A model generated the notes under the pieces. That model searched no databases and was not told the DNA's origin. It was given only the letters and a program-made list of their open reading frames with translations. A DNA stretch of 64,000 nucleotides, from assembly GCF_032444005.1 (NCBI RefSeq), contig NC_091289.1, positions 12,338,001 through 12,402,000 on the forward strand, in the 5' to 3' direction. Shown piece by piece: positions 37,901 to 49,600 of this stretch (positions within the stretch are counted from its first letter, which is position 1; each line of letters opens with the position of its first letter). The DNA comes from Ranitomeya imitator. Lineage: Eukaryota. The translations under genes and the position numbers were made by a program.

Positions 37901-40900
37901 AGGACAGAGAGCCCGCTTCCTGCCTCATATACTCTCTGCACTCCCTCCATTCAGACAGATCGGTTTGGATCTAGTTACGACTACTGGTAAAAACTCCAGG
38001 TGTTATAACTTTCTTCAGTACAGACAGGAGATGGAGGGGCATGGAGAGAAAACATCCTGCGGCCCCCGACACACGAGGTCTGTCTCCCCACTGGATGCCC
38101 ACCGTGGTTTTTGCAGTGAACGATATCTGGAATACTAATTATTTTTTTCATTTAATGGGTTTAATAAGCGGTAATGGAGGATTGACGTACAAACGCTGCA
38201 TCACCTAACTGCGGTATTATTTTTATAGGAAGAGTTCAGATGGCAGAGGGGGCAACATCTACTGTCGCTGCTGGAGGGGGCACTAGCATGGAAAACGGAC
38301 CCGCCTCAGAGGGACTGGGTGGTCTTCCTGAGCAAACCTAACGAAAACGATAATCACCTGCTAATGACAATCACAGACGAGGAGCGTAAGTCTCGGCCTC
38401 ACGAAGCCGTACAAGGCGCATACTGGGGGGCTATAGATAAAAGCGGGCACCAATGTGCAGGAAGAGTGGTGCAGAGTCACTATTAAAGGGGTATGCCCTT
38501 CTCATACACTTGATTGCCTATCATTAGGCTATGCCATCACTTTATGGTCATCTGGGGTCTGAGCTCTGAGACCCCCACTGATCCTGACGTATCAATCAGG
38601 GGTATAGCATTCATTAAGATCAGTGGGGGGCAATACTGTCAGACCCCCACGATTATAAACTGATGGTATATCCAACATTGTCACCGTTCTATGAGATTGG
38701 ATATATCCCTTTAAATCAGACCAGTCAGGAAAAGTTGCGCTTGTGAAAACTACAACAACCAGCAGTCACTGGCTGTCAGGACTTGTTGAGAGTTGTAGTT
38801 CCACAATAACTGCAGAGCTGCACCTTGCCGATCCCTGGTCTAGAGCAATCCTCTGTGAGCTAAAAATCATCCCTCTCTGGTCCTGATACTCTGCTACAAT
38901 GTATCAGCGCAGATATAATGCATCAGTCTGTGTCTGCAGTGGATACAAATGTAGCAAACACTCAGCTGTGAGAAGTATTAGGTCATAGGTCATTACAAAG
39001 ACCCCTAACATTTGCATCCAGCTAATCCCATTATCTGCTGTGCACAGGTGTGGTTCCTGTAAAAGACGTCTTCACGGCACTTGGAGACATAAAGAGGAGT
39101 CTTGCAGAGGTTAGTAGTCCATACTCAGGGGTAAACCTAGCCTCTCTGCTGCCTGAGGCGAACTGCAAAACGGCAGCAGAGAGGCTGTACGAGTCCGACT
39201 CCCAGCAATGTGTGTGTCCCAGCAGGTCAGGAGACTGGGCACCTCTGCACCTCAGCCCGTGTAAGTAACAGTCACCTGCCGGGCACGCCTCACATTAGGT
39301 TGTTGTGACACTGCACTGTCGGCAAGTGTCAGAGCAGGGATTACAGGGAGAGTTGGCACCACATGTTCTGACTGCCGCTCTGCCGCCCCCTGTCTTTAAG
39401 GATGCTCTGCCGCCTGAGGCAAAGTATTCAACTTGCTTCATGATAGCAGCACCCCTGTCCATACTATATATTTATATACACATTATATTATATAAATACC
39501 GTATATCCATTTCTTAATAGATCTTTGTAGTGGCTTCTGTGATACAGCGCTCCAAACTCCCTGCACAGACATGATAACATTGTCTGCCCGCGGTCACCAC
39601 TAGGTGGAGCCCAATGTATATGGCTGTATACAGCTCCCATTGATCGCAATAATACATTTATCTTCAGTCTCCAAGATAGAACTAGTTAATGTCAAGTACA
39701 AAAAAATCATCACATGTAATATTACCCGATGTCCAGTAGAGGGCAGTCAGCTCTCTGCACACATTTCAAGCAGCAGAACGCAGCGTATGGCGATTTACAA
39801 TGGCTTGTGAAAGTAATAACGATAATTTTATTTCTATAGCGCCGACATATTCCGCAGCACTTTACAGGAACTTGTACAGACAATAGACATTACAGACTAA
39901 ACATCACTCAGATATCAAAAGGAGTGAGGGCCCTGTCCGCAAGCTGCAATCTACTCACCACCTTGTCATTTTTTGTGTTTTGCTCGCTCAAAACCTGGAA
40001 TTTCACTGCTTTTTTTAGGGTTTGCATCAGTTCATGTACAGAACACGCCGACAACTGTGAACATTGGTTTTTCTTTTTATTGTGAAGCAAACAACAAATA
40101 AGACAAACTAACTGAAAACTTCAGTGTGCATAACTATTCACCCCCCTAAAGTCAGTACTTTGTAGAGCCTCCTTTTTCAGCAATTACAGCTGTAAGTCGC
40201 TTTGGATAAGTCACTATGAACTTTCCACATCTTGCCACTGGGATTTTTGTCCATTCCTCAAAGCAAAACTGCTCCAGCGCCTTCATGTTAGATGTTTCCT
40301 CTGGTGAACAGCGATCTTCATGTCTGAGTCCACAGATTCTCCATTGGAGTAAGGTCCGGGCTGTGGCTGTTTCCCCTTACACCACTCGAGTGTTGCTCTA
40401 GCAGTGTACTTTGGGTCACTGTCTTGTTGGAGTATGAACCTCCGCCCCAGTCTCAAATCACTGACAGACTGAGACTGGTTTTACTCAAGAATATTCCTGT
40501 ATTTTGCACCATCCCCTTGTCTCAGATGATTTTATCTGCCCCTGTTGCCAAAAAGCATCTCCAGAGCATGATGCTACGACCACCATGTTTCACTGTGGGG
40601 ATGGTGTTCTTGGGATCAGGAGCTATGCTGGCTTGGCGCCGCGTCAGACACAGCGTTTACCTTGGTGGCCAAAAAGTTCAATTTTGGGGAGTCTCCCATA
40701 AGTCTTTTGACAAACTGAAAATGAGCCTTACAATTTTTTTTGTGTAAGTAAAGGCTTTTTTCTGCCCACTCTTCCATAAAGGTCACCTCTATGGAGTGTA
40801 CGGCTTATTGTGGTCGTATGGACAGATACTCTAGTCTCTGCTTGGGAACTCTGCACCTCCTTCAGGGTCACCTTTGGTCTTTGTGCTGTCTCTCTCATTA

Positions 40901-43900
40901 ATGCCTGGGCTGACCGGGTGGGCGTCCTCTCTTGGCAGGTTTGTTGTGGTGCCATGTTTTATGTTTTTTTTTTTTTTTAATTCAGGACAATGGATTTGTT
41001 GGTGTTTGGGGGATCGTCACAGATTGGGAAATTTTCTTATATTGCAACCCTGACTAGTACTTCTCTACAACTTTGCCCCTGACTTGTTTGGAGATCTCCT
41101 TGGTCTTCATGGTGTTGTTTTGAGATCTCATTGGTCTTCATGGTGTTTGGAGATGTCCTTGGTCTTCATGGTGTTGTTTTGAGATCTCCTTGGTCTTCAT
41201 GGTGTTTGGAGATGTCCTTGGTCTTCATGGTGTTGTTTTGAGATCTCCTTAGTCTTCATGGTGTTGTTTGCCGATCTCCTTGGTCTTCAAGGTGTTATTT
41301 GGAGATCTCCTTGGTCTTCATGGTGTTGTTTGGAAATCTCCTCGGTCTTCATGGTGTTTTTTGGAGATCTCATTGGTCTTCATGGTGTTGTTTGGAGATC
41401 TCCTCGGTCTTCATGGTGTTTTTTGGAGATCTCCTTAGTCTTCATGGTGTTGTTTGGTGATCTCCTTGGTCTTCATGGTGTTGTTTGGAGATCTCATTGG
41501 TCTTCATGGTGTTGTTTGGAGATCTCCATGGTGTTGTTTGGAGATCTCCTTGGTCTTTATGGTGTTTGGAGATCTCCTCGGTTTTTATTGTGTTTGGAGA
41601 TCTCCTCGGTCTTCATGGTGTTGTTTGGAGATCTCCTTGGGCTTCATGGTGTTTGGAGATGTCCTTGGTCTTCATGGTGTTGTTTGGAGATCTCATTGGT
41701 CTTCATGGTGTTGTTTGGAGATCTCCATGGTGTTGTTTGGAGATCTCCTTGGTCTTTATGGTGTTTGGAGATCTCCTCGGTATTTATTGTGTTTGGAGAT
41801 CTCCTCGGTCTTCATGGTGTTGTTTGGTGATCTCCTTGGTCTTCATGGTGTTGTTTGGAGATCTCCTTGGTGTTCATGGTGTTGTTTGGAGATCTCCATG
41901 GTGTTGTTTGGAGATCTCCATGGTGTTGTTTGGAGTTCTCCTTGGTCTTTTTTGTGTTTGGAGATCTCCTCGGTCTTCATGGTGTCTGATTAGCGGAGCC
42001 TCTTATTAATGATGTTGCAGCCTCTGTGGCCTTTCAGAGATGGTAAAGTGCATATACTGACAGACATGTGACACTTAGATTGCACACTGGTGAACGTCCT
42101 GTCACTAAGCATTGGAATTATGAAGGTAATTGCTTGCACCACAAAGTTTTAGGGGCTTCATAGCAAAAGGGGTGAACATATATGCACATGCCAATTTTTA
42201 GTTATTTGATTCCATGAATTTAATTTACGTTTAGATTTTTCTCACTTCCCCAGTTTAGACTATTTAGTGCTGATGCATCACACACAAATCAGATTACAAA
42301 AATATTTAAACACAGGTGGTAGTATAACAAAATAAAAAAAAGCCAAGGGGGTGAATACATTCACATGTCACTGTATTATACACAGCAAAGTAATGGACAC
42401 ATCTGAACCTTTCCATACATGCAACTATTAAGATAAACGATCATAGTAAAAAAATAATGTTACCGTATTACGGAACATTGTGTGTCTGCGGCATTATATA
42501 ATACTGATGTAACTTCAAGATGAACAAACAACAGAAATAAAATAATCAACTGTTCTCACTATTCTACAGATTGGTATTGAGAGTTACTCCAGCACCGCGA
42601 GCTGTCAGTCCCGGCCCAGCCCTCCCCGCAGCGATTACGGCAAACTCTTCATTGTTTTGGTCATTATCGGATCCATTTGTGTTATGATCATCATTGCAGG
42701 ACTCATATATATCTGCTGGCAGAAACGACTACCAAAACTGAAAAATATGGTGAGAAAAGCAGAGAACATAACGAGAAACTTATAGAATAATGGTCCTTAG
42801 TAGTGATGAGCGATGTACTCGTTGCTCGGGTTTTCCAGAGCACGCTCTGGTGGTCTCCGACTAATTGTTGGTGCTCGGAGATTAAGTTTTCATTGCAGCA
42901 GCTGAATGATTTACAGCTACTAGCCAGGCTAAGTGCATGTGGGGGTTGCCTGGTTGCTAGGGAATCCCCACATGTAATCAAGCAGGCTAGTAGCTGTAAA
43001 TCATTCAGCTGCTGCAATTAAAACTTAATCTCCGAGCACCAACAAATAGTCGGAGACCACCCGAGCGTGCTCTGGAAAACCCGAGCAATGAGTACACTCA
43101 CTCATCACTAGTCCTTATATTCTTGTACATAGGGGCAGTATTATAGTAGTTATATTCGTGTACATAGGAGCAGTATTATAGTAGTTATATTCTTGTACAT
43201 AGGGGCAGTATTATAGTAGTTATATTCTTGTACATAGGATCAGTATTATAGTAGTTATATTCTTGTATATAGGAGCAGTATTATAATAGTTATATTCTTG
43301 TACATAGGGGCAGTATTATAGTAGTTATATTCTTGTACATAGGGGCAGTATTATAGTAGTTATATTCTTGTACATAGGGAGCAGTATTATAGTAGTTATA
43401 TTCTTGTATATAGAGGGCAGTATTATAGTAGTTATATTCTTGTACATAGGGGCAGTATTATAGTAGTTATATTCTTGTACATAGGAGCAGTATTATAGTA
43501 GTTATATTCTTGTATATAGAGGGCAGTATTATAATAGTTATATTCTTGTACATAGGGGCAGTATTATAGTAGTTATATTCTTGTACATAGTGGGCAGTAT
43601 TATAGTAGTTATATTTTTGTATATAGGATCAGTATTATAGTAGTTATATTCTTGTACATAGGATCAGTATTATAGTAGTTATATTCTTGTACATAGTGGG
43701 CAGTATTATAGTAGTTATATTCTTGTACATAGGATCAGTATTATAGTAGTTATATTCTTGTACACAGAGGCAGTAATATAGTAGTTATATTCTCGTACAT
43801 AGGAGCAGTATTATAGTAGTTATATGCTTGTATATAGGAGCAGTATTATAGTAGTTATGTTTTTGTGTGTTGAGTGTTTTGCCTGTTGCTGACACATCCT

Positions 43901-44114
43901 CTGTTGTTTTTGCTATCAGGAGCTGCATTTTGTGGAGAACGGCTGCCACGATAACCCTACCCTGGACGTGGCTATGGACGGCCAATCCGAAATGCAGGAA
44001 AAGAAGACAAGCCTTAATGGCGGCACCTCTCTCCGGGCTGACGGCTGGGAGACATTGATCAACAAGACAAGCAAAGACGAGACGGACCCCATGGAAGAAG
44101 ACACTCACCTGTAG
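28948..44114 (+). CDS. PODXL2: Podocalyxin-like protein 2 (endoglycan, CD34 family); join(28948-28975, 30134-30427, 32944-33473, 33863-33937, 38229-38385, 39048-39109, 42570-42749, 43920-44114) = 1521 nt, 506 aa
   Basis: Signal peptide [18 protein letters not shown]; [10 protein letters not shown]; GSGF and KYFWDDE motifs; Ser/Thr-rich mucin stalk; Cys-containing globular domain [18 protein letters not shown]; transmembrane helix [25 protein letters not shown]; cytoplasmic [13 protein letters not shown]; PDZ-binding DTHL*. Introns are GT-AG and in phase; the position after MCM2 is syntenic. Confidence 0.93.
29701..29932. mobile_element. TTAA-targeting MITE (T2/Kolobok-like)
   Basis: TTAA|AGGGGTTGTCCCATAAA ... 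TTTATGGAACAACCCCT|TTAA. Confidence 0.85.
30134..30427 (+). CDS. PODXL2: PODXL2 exon 2
   Basis: ccgcag|GG TTC TCC ... ACA G|GTAAA; [24 protein letters not shown]...[25 protein letters not shown]. Confidence 0.93.
30637..32325. repeat. 86-bp repeat as two oppositely oriented arrays (about 3.4 copies + at 30637-30932; about 15.5 copies - at 30984-32325) in PODXL2 intron 2
   Basis: Same unit as 3786-4353; the orientation flips across a spacer of about 50 bp. Confidence 0.95.
32944..33473 (+). CDS. PODXL2: PODXL2 exon 3 (mucin-like stalk)
   Basis: atttcctccacag|AT GGA ... AGC GAG|GTATC; S/T/P-rich; the phase 1 to phase 0 transition fits both neighbouring exons. Confidence 0.85.
33863..33937 (+). 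CDS. PODXL2: PODXL2 exon 4
   Basis: tttccag|GTA ATC TGC ... GAC TGC|GTGAG; [25 protein letters not shown]. Confidence 0.95.
34068..34456. mobile_element. TTAA-targeting MITE (T2/Kolobok-like)
   Basis: TTAA|AAGGGTTTTCCAACTT ... AAAGTGGAAAACCCCT|TTAA. Confidence 0.8.
35560..35635 (+). mobile_element. Truncated hAT MITE left end
   Basis: CAGTGGTCCCCAAC terminus; the internal sequence (CCTCGAGGGC...GATTTCCTTAGTATTGCACAGG) resembles the intact MITE at 20632. No right TIR was found. Confidence 0.65.
35650..37910. repeat. 49/56-bp two-variant tandem array, about 43 copies, in PODXL2 intron 4
   Basis: Unit AGCAGAGCCGG(GAGACGG)GACAGAAACATTGGACAGAGAGGATTCAGGAACGATGT; higher-order periods of 154 bp and 462 bp are visible from identical ORFs. 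Confidence 0.96.
38229..38385 (+). CDS. PODXL2: PODXL2 exon 5
   Basis: tttatag|GAA GAG ... GAG C|GTAAG; [19 protein letters not shown]...[23 protein letters not shown]. Confidence 0.93.
38487..38710. mobile_element. TTAA-targeting MITE (T2/Kolobok-like), diverged
   Basis: TTAA|AGGGGTATGCCC ... GGATATATCCCT|TTAA; internal GGGGTC...GACCCC hairpins. Confidence 0.7.
39048..39109 (+). CDS. PODXL2: PODXL2 exon 6
   Basis: gcacag|GT GTG GTT ... GCA GAG|GTTAG; [20 protein letters not shown]. Confidence 0.93.
40300..41110 (-). pseudogene. Tc1 transposase pseudogene (stops, frameshifts and deletions; lower boundary approximate)
   Basis: ATG at 41110: [27 protein letters not shown]; ...[12 protein letters not shown]...[26 protein letters not shown] (ORF 40728-40955); [16 protein letters not shown] near 40550-40600. 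Confidence 0.88.
41085..41985. repeat. About 28-31-bp minisatellite, about 30 copies, derived from the Tc1 transposase start region
   Basis: Unit TGTTTGGAGATCTCCTTGGTCTTCATGGTGT is the reverse complement of ACACC-ATG-AAG-ACC-AAG-GAG-ATC-TCC-AAA-CA. Confidence 0.93.
42570..42749 (+). CDS. PODXL2: PODXL2 exon 7 (transmembrane)
   Basis: ctacag|ATT GGT ... AAT ATG|GTGAG; [34 protein letters not shown]...[11 protein letters not shown]. Confidence 0.95.
42801..43110. mobile_element. hAT-type MITE, nearly fully palindromic, in PODXL2 intron 7
   Basis: TIRs TAGTGATGAG and CTCATCACTA; 8-bp TSD GTCCTTAG / GTCCTTAT (7 of 8 match); arms of more than 100 bp are near-perfect inverted repeats. Confidence 0.9.
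43113..43860. repeat. 35-bp AT-rich satellite, about 21 copies
   Basis: Unit GCAGTATTATAGTAGTTATATTCTTGTACATAGG(A/G). Confidence 0.96.
43920..44114 (+). CDS. PODXL2: PODXL2 exon 8 (cytoplasmic tail, DTHL)
   Basis: gctatcag|GAG CTG CAT TTT GTG GAG AAC ... CAC CTG TAG; [17 protein letters not shown]...MEEDTHL*. Confidence 0.93.
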   Translation, partial: ELHFVENGCHDNPTLDVAMDGQSEMQEKKTSLNGGTSLRADGWETLINKTSKDETDPMEEDTHL

Positions 44115-44581
44115 AGACTAATGGGGCAGATCCCGGGGGTGAAGCTGAACTCTTGTTTGTTTGTTTTTTTATTGTTGGGCACGTGGGGTTCTAAATGTTT
44201 TCGGTCACTTTCCTGTAAGTAGTTGGGTTGACACTTTGGATTGTTGGCCTGTAGCAGCACAGTATTGTTAGCACACGGTATCGATCGCTGGTGCCCGCAC
44301 TCTCCGTCGCCCTCCGGCCGCTCTCCAGTTTACAACGATCGATATGATTGCACTTTATTCTTCCAAAGATGATATTAGGAGACACTTTCCGGTGCAAATC
44401 TTACCTGCCGGTGCATTCCAGGTCGGCCTCAGCCGTACAGAGTATTGTCGTATTTTTATTTTTCTGCGTGTCGTGATGTAGGACCAGAATTTGTCGCCTC
44501 CTCCACTCGTCCGCTTCCCCATCCCACCCGCATGCATTGTGGATCCTGACAGCTTGACACAATAACAAAAAAAAAAAAACA

Positions 44582-44625
44582 AATAAAAAATCTAATTAAA
44601 AAATATCTTTGATCCAATGAATAAA
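44582..44625 (+). terminator. Candidate PODXL2 polyadenylation signals
   Basis: AATAAA at 44582-44587 and 44620-44625, about 470-510 bp after the stop codon. Not confirmed by any transcript data. Confidence 0.4.
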
Positions 44626-45344
44626 ACAAAATGCGATGGAATATTTCATAAAATGTGGATATCTAAAAACATCAATATACACTGAATATATCCTGTTATA
44701 TGTGCGCCCGGTATAGGAAAGTACTGAAGAAAATGACAGATCTTTGGAATCAGAAGGTGTTTCTATGAGATTAGATGGAACTATATTTTTTTTTTTTAAT
44801 AAGAACAGCTCCACCATCATGAATGTGGCTGTGTTTGGTATTGCAGCTGCAGTAATACCCGACATGACCTGAAAAGAACGGTGGCGCTCTCTTGAGCAGA
44901 AGACCGCTATATTTTGCTAAGTTCATAGAACTCCTTTCCTTCCAGTGTAAAATATGCTCCAGTATTTAGAAATATAGAAATGTGATTATATAAGGGAGAC
45001 AAGATTGTGTATCCAGAGGCCGGGACCCGAGACACGGCCTGAAAAAAAAAGATCTTATAGAGCTCCAATGCTTTACATCAATCCGCGTTTCAGAAGGAAT
45101 AACTGGATGTGACAAGGATCATCTTACTCCTGAGTCCACCATGATTGTCCACGTATCACTCCGGATAAATTATTATTACACACATCCAAAATATATATCA
45201 TTGTAATGGTCCAACACCTGCTGTCAAAACCATGTCCCACCCAACACCCGGACCCTCCAACGTTCCGCTCAACCGGACCAACATCATTATAAAACCAAAA
45301 CTGGAACTACAATAGTACTTACAGAAGTTGTAGTTACATTCTTG

Positions 45345-46658
45345 CACATGAGCAGTATTATAGTAATTATATTCTTGTATATAGGGGCAGTATTATAGTA
45401 ATTATATTCTTGTATATAGGGGCAGTATTATAGTAATTATATTCTTGTACATAGGGAGAAGTATTATAGTAGTTATATTCTTGTACATAGGGGCAGTATT
45501 ATAGTAGTTATATTCTTGTACATAAGAGCAGTATTATAGTAGTTATATTCTTGTATATAGGGGCAGTATTATAGTAGTTATATTCTTGTACATAGGGGCA
45601 GTATTATAGTAGTTATATTCTTGTACATAGGGAGAAGTATTATAGTAGTTATATTCTTGTACATAGGGGCAGTATTATAGTAGTTATATTCTTGTACATA
45701 AGAGCAGTATTATAGTAGTTATATTCTTGTATATAGGGGCAGTATTATAGTAGTTATATTCTTGTATATAGGGGCAGTATTATAGTAATTATATTCTTGT
45801 ATATAGGGGCAATATTATAGTAGTTATATTCTTGTACATAGGGGGCAGTATTATAGTAGTTATATTCTTGTACATAGGGGCAGTATTATAGTAGTTATAT
45901 TCTTGTACATAGGGGCAGTATTATAGTAGTTATATTCTTGTACATAGGGGCAGTATTATAATAGCTATATTCTTGTACATAGGGGCAGTATTATAGTAGT
46001 TATATTCTTGTACATAGGGGCAGTATTATAATAGCTATATTCTTGTACATAGGAGCAGTATTATAGTAGTTATATTCTTGTACATAGGGGCAGTATTATA
46101 GTAGTTATATTCTTGTACATGGGGGCAGTATTATAATAGCTATATTCTTGTACATATGGGCAGTATTATAGTAGTTATATTCTTGTACATAGGGGCAGTA
46201 TTATAGTAGTTATATTCTTGTATATAGGGGCAGTATTATAGTAATTATATTCTTGTATATAGGAGCAGTATTATAGTAGTTATATTCTTGTACATAGGGG
46301 CAGTATTATAGTAGTTATATTCTTGTACATAGGGGCAGTATTATAGTAGTTATATTCTTGTACATAGTAGCAGTATTATAGTAGTTATATTCTTGTACAT
46401 ATGGGCAGTATTATAGTAGTTATATTCTTGTATATAGGAGCAGTATTATAGTAGTTATATTCTTGTACATGGGGGCAGTATTATAGTAGTTATATTCTTG
46501 TACATGGGGGCAGTATTATAGTAGTTATATTCTTGTACATAGGAGCAGCATTATTGTAGTAATATTCTTGTACATAGGAGCAGTATTATAGTAGTTATAT
46601 TCTTGTACATGGGGGCAGTATTATAGTAGTCATATTCTTGTACATAGGAGCAGTACTA
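45345..46658. repeat. 35-bp satellite, about 37 copies (left part of the array interrupted by the Helitron)
   Basis: Same unit as 43113-43860; ends at ...CAGTACTA immediately before the Helitron TC. Confidence 0.96.
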
Positions 46659-49600
46659 TCTATATATATAATTGCCTAAGGGTTTTTCCGTCTGTCTGTC
46701 TGTCTGTCTGTCCTGGAAATCCCGCGTCTCTGAGACCAGCACAGCATCGACGTAGAAATCCCGCGTCTCTGATTGGTCGAGGCCGCCAGTCTGATTGACA
46801 CTTCTATATTGATCAGTCCTCCTGACACTTCTATATTGATCAGTCCTCCTGACACTTCTATATTGATCAGTCCTCCTGACACTTCTGTATTGATCAGTCC
46901 TCCTGACACTTCTATATTGATCAGTCCTCCTGACACTTCTATATTGATCAGTCCTCCTGACACTTCTATATTGATCAGTCCTCCTGACACTTCTATATGG
47001 ATCAGTCCTCCTGACACTTCTATATTGATCAGTCCTCCTGATACCTCTATATTGATCAGTCCTCCTGACACTTCTATATTGATCAGTCCTCCTGACACTT
47101 CTATATTGATCAGTCCTCCTGACACTTCTATATTGATCAGTCCTCCTGACACTTCTATATTGATCAGTCCTCCTGATACCTCTATATTGATCAGTCGTCC
47201 TGACACCTCTATATTGATCAGTCCTCCTGACACTTCTATATTGATCAGTCCTCCTGACACTTCTATATTGATCAGTCCTCCTGACATTCTATATTGATCA
47301 GTCCTCCTGACACTTCTATATTGATCAGTCCTCCTGATACCTCTATATTGATCAGTCCTCCTGACACTTCTATATTGATCAGTCCTCCTGACACTTCTAT
47401 ATTGATCAGTCCTCCTGACACTTCTATATTGATCAGTCCTCCTGACACTTCAATATTGATCAGTCTTCCTGACACTTCAATATTGATCAGTCCTCCTGAC
47501 ACTTCTATATTGATCAGTCCTCCTGACACTTCTATATTGATCAGTCCTCCTGACACTTCAATATTGATCAGTCCTCCTGACACTTCAATATTGATCAGTC
47601 CTCCTGATACCTCTATGGCGGCCTCGACCAATCAGAGACCGGCACAGCATCGACGTAGAAATCCCGCGTCTCTGATTGGGCGAGGCCGCCAGTCTGATTG
47701 ACACTTCTATATTGATCAGTCCTCCTGACACTTCTGTATTGATCAGTCCTCCTGACACTTCTATATTGATCAGTCCTCCTGACACTTCTATATTGATCAG
47801 TCCTCCTGACACTTCTATATTGATCAGTCCTCCTGACACTTCTATATTGATCAGTCCTCCTGACACTTCTATATTGATCAGTCCTCCTGACACTTCTATA
47901 TTGATCAGTCCTCCTGACACCTCTATATTGATCAGTCCTCCTGACACTTCTATATTGATCAGTCCTCCTGACACTTTTATATTGATCAGTCCTCCTGACA
48001 CTTTTATATTGATCAGTCCTCCTGACACTTCTATATTGATCAGTCCTCCTGACACTTCTATATTGATCAGTCCTCCTGATACCTCTATATTGATCAGTCC
48101 TCCTGACACTTCTATATTGATCAGTCCTCCTGACACTTTTATATTGATCAGTCCTCCTGACACTTCTATATTGATCAGTCCTCCTGACACTTCAATATTG
48201 ATCAGTCCTCCTGACACTTCAATATTGATCAGTCCTCCTGACACTTCTATATTGATCAGTCCTCCTGACACTTCTATATTGATCAGTCCTCCTGATACCT
48301 CTATATTGATCAGTCCTCCTGACACTTCTATATTGATCAGTCCTCCTGACACTTCTATATTGATCAGTCCTCCTGACACTTCAATATTGATCAGTCCTCC
48401 TGACACTTCTATATTGATCAGTCCTCCTGACACTTCTATATTGATCAGTCCTCCTGACACTTCTGTATTGATCAGTCCTCCTGACACTTCTATATTGATC
48501 AGTCCTCCTGACACTTCTATATTGATCAGTCCTCCTGACACTTCAATATTGATCAGTCCTCCTGACACTTCTATATTGATCAGTCCTCCTGACACTTCTA
48601 TATTGATCAGTCCTCCTGACACTTCTATATTGATCAGTCCTCCTGACACTTCTATATTGATCAGTCCTCCTGACACTTCAATATTGATCAGTCTTCCTGA
48701 CACTTCTATATTGATCAGTCCTCCTGACACTTCTATATTGATCAGTCCTCCTGACACTTCTATATTGATCAGTCCTCCTGACACTTCTGTATTGATCAGT
48801 CCTCCTGACACTTCTATATTGATCAGTCCTCCTGACACTTCTATATTGATCAGTCCTCCTGACACTTCTATATTGATCAGTCCTCCTGACACTTCTATAT
48901 TGATCAGTCCTCCTGACACTTCTATATTGATCAGTCCTCCTGACACTTCTATATTAATCATTCCTCCTGACACTTCTATATTGATCAGTCCTCCTGACAC
49001 TTCTGTATTGATCAGTCCTCCTGACACTTCTATATTGATAAATCCTCCTGACACTTCTATATTGATCAGTCCTCCTGACGCTTCTATATTGATCAGTCCT
49101 CCTGACACCTCTATATTGATCAGTCCTCCTAACATTCTATATTGATCAGTCCTCCTGACACTTCTATATTGATCAGTCCTCCTGATACATCTATATTGAT
49201 CAGTCCTCCTGACACTTCTATATTGATCAGTCCTCCTGACACTTCTATATTGATCAGTCCTCCTGACACTTCTATATTGATCAGTCCTCCTGATACCTCT
49301 ATATTGATCAGTCCTCCTGACACTTCTATATTGATCAGTCCTCCTAACACTTCTATATTGATCAGTCCTCCTGACACTTCTATATTGATCTGTCCTCCTG
49401 ACATTCTATATTGATCAGTCCTCCTGACACTTCTATATTGATCAGTCCTCCTGACACTTCTATATTGATCTGTCCTCCTGACACTTCTATATTGATCAGT
49501 CCTCCTGACATTCTATATTGATCAGTCCTCCTGACACTTCAATATTGATCAGTCCTCCTGACACTTCTATATTGATCAGTCCTCCTGACACTTCTATATT

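Larger units (their letters stand above)
39950..42373 (-). mobile_element. Degenerate Tc1/mariner transposon (left boundary approximate) in PODXL2 intron 6
   Basis: Right terminus GGGGGTGAATACATTCACATGTCACTG|TA; ATTCACCCCC direct-repeat motifs near 40135 and (inverse) near 42167; transposase remnants on the minus strand. Confidence 0.85.

Noticed and set aside
41258-42009. Three 174-190-aa hydrophobic ORFs that look like multi-pass membrane proteins
   Set aside because: They are plus-strand readings of the Tc1-derived minisatellite.
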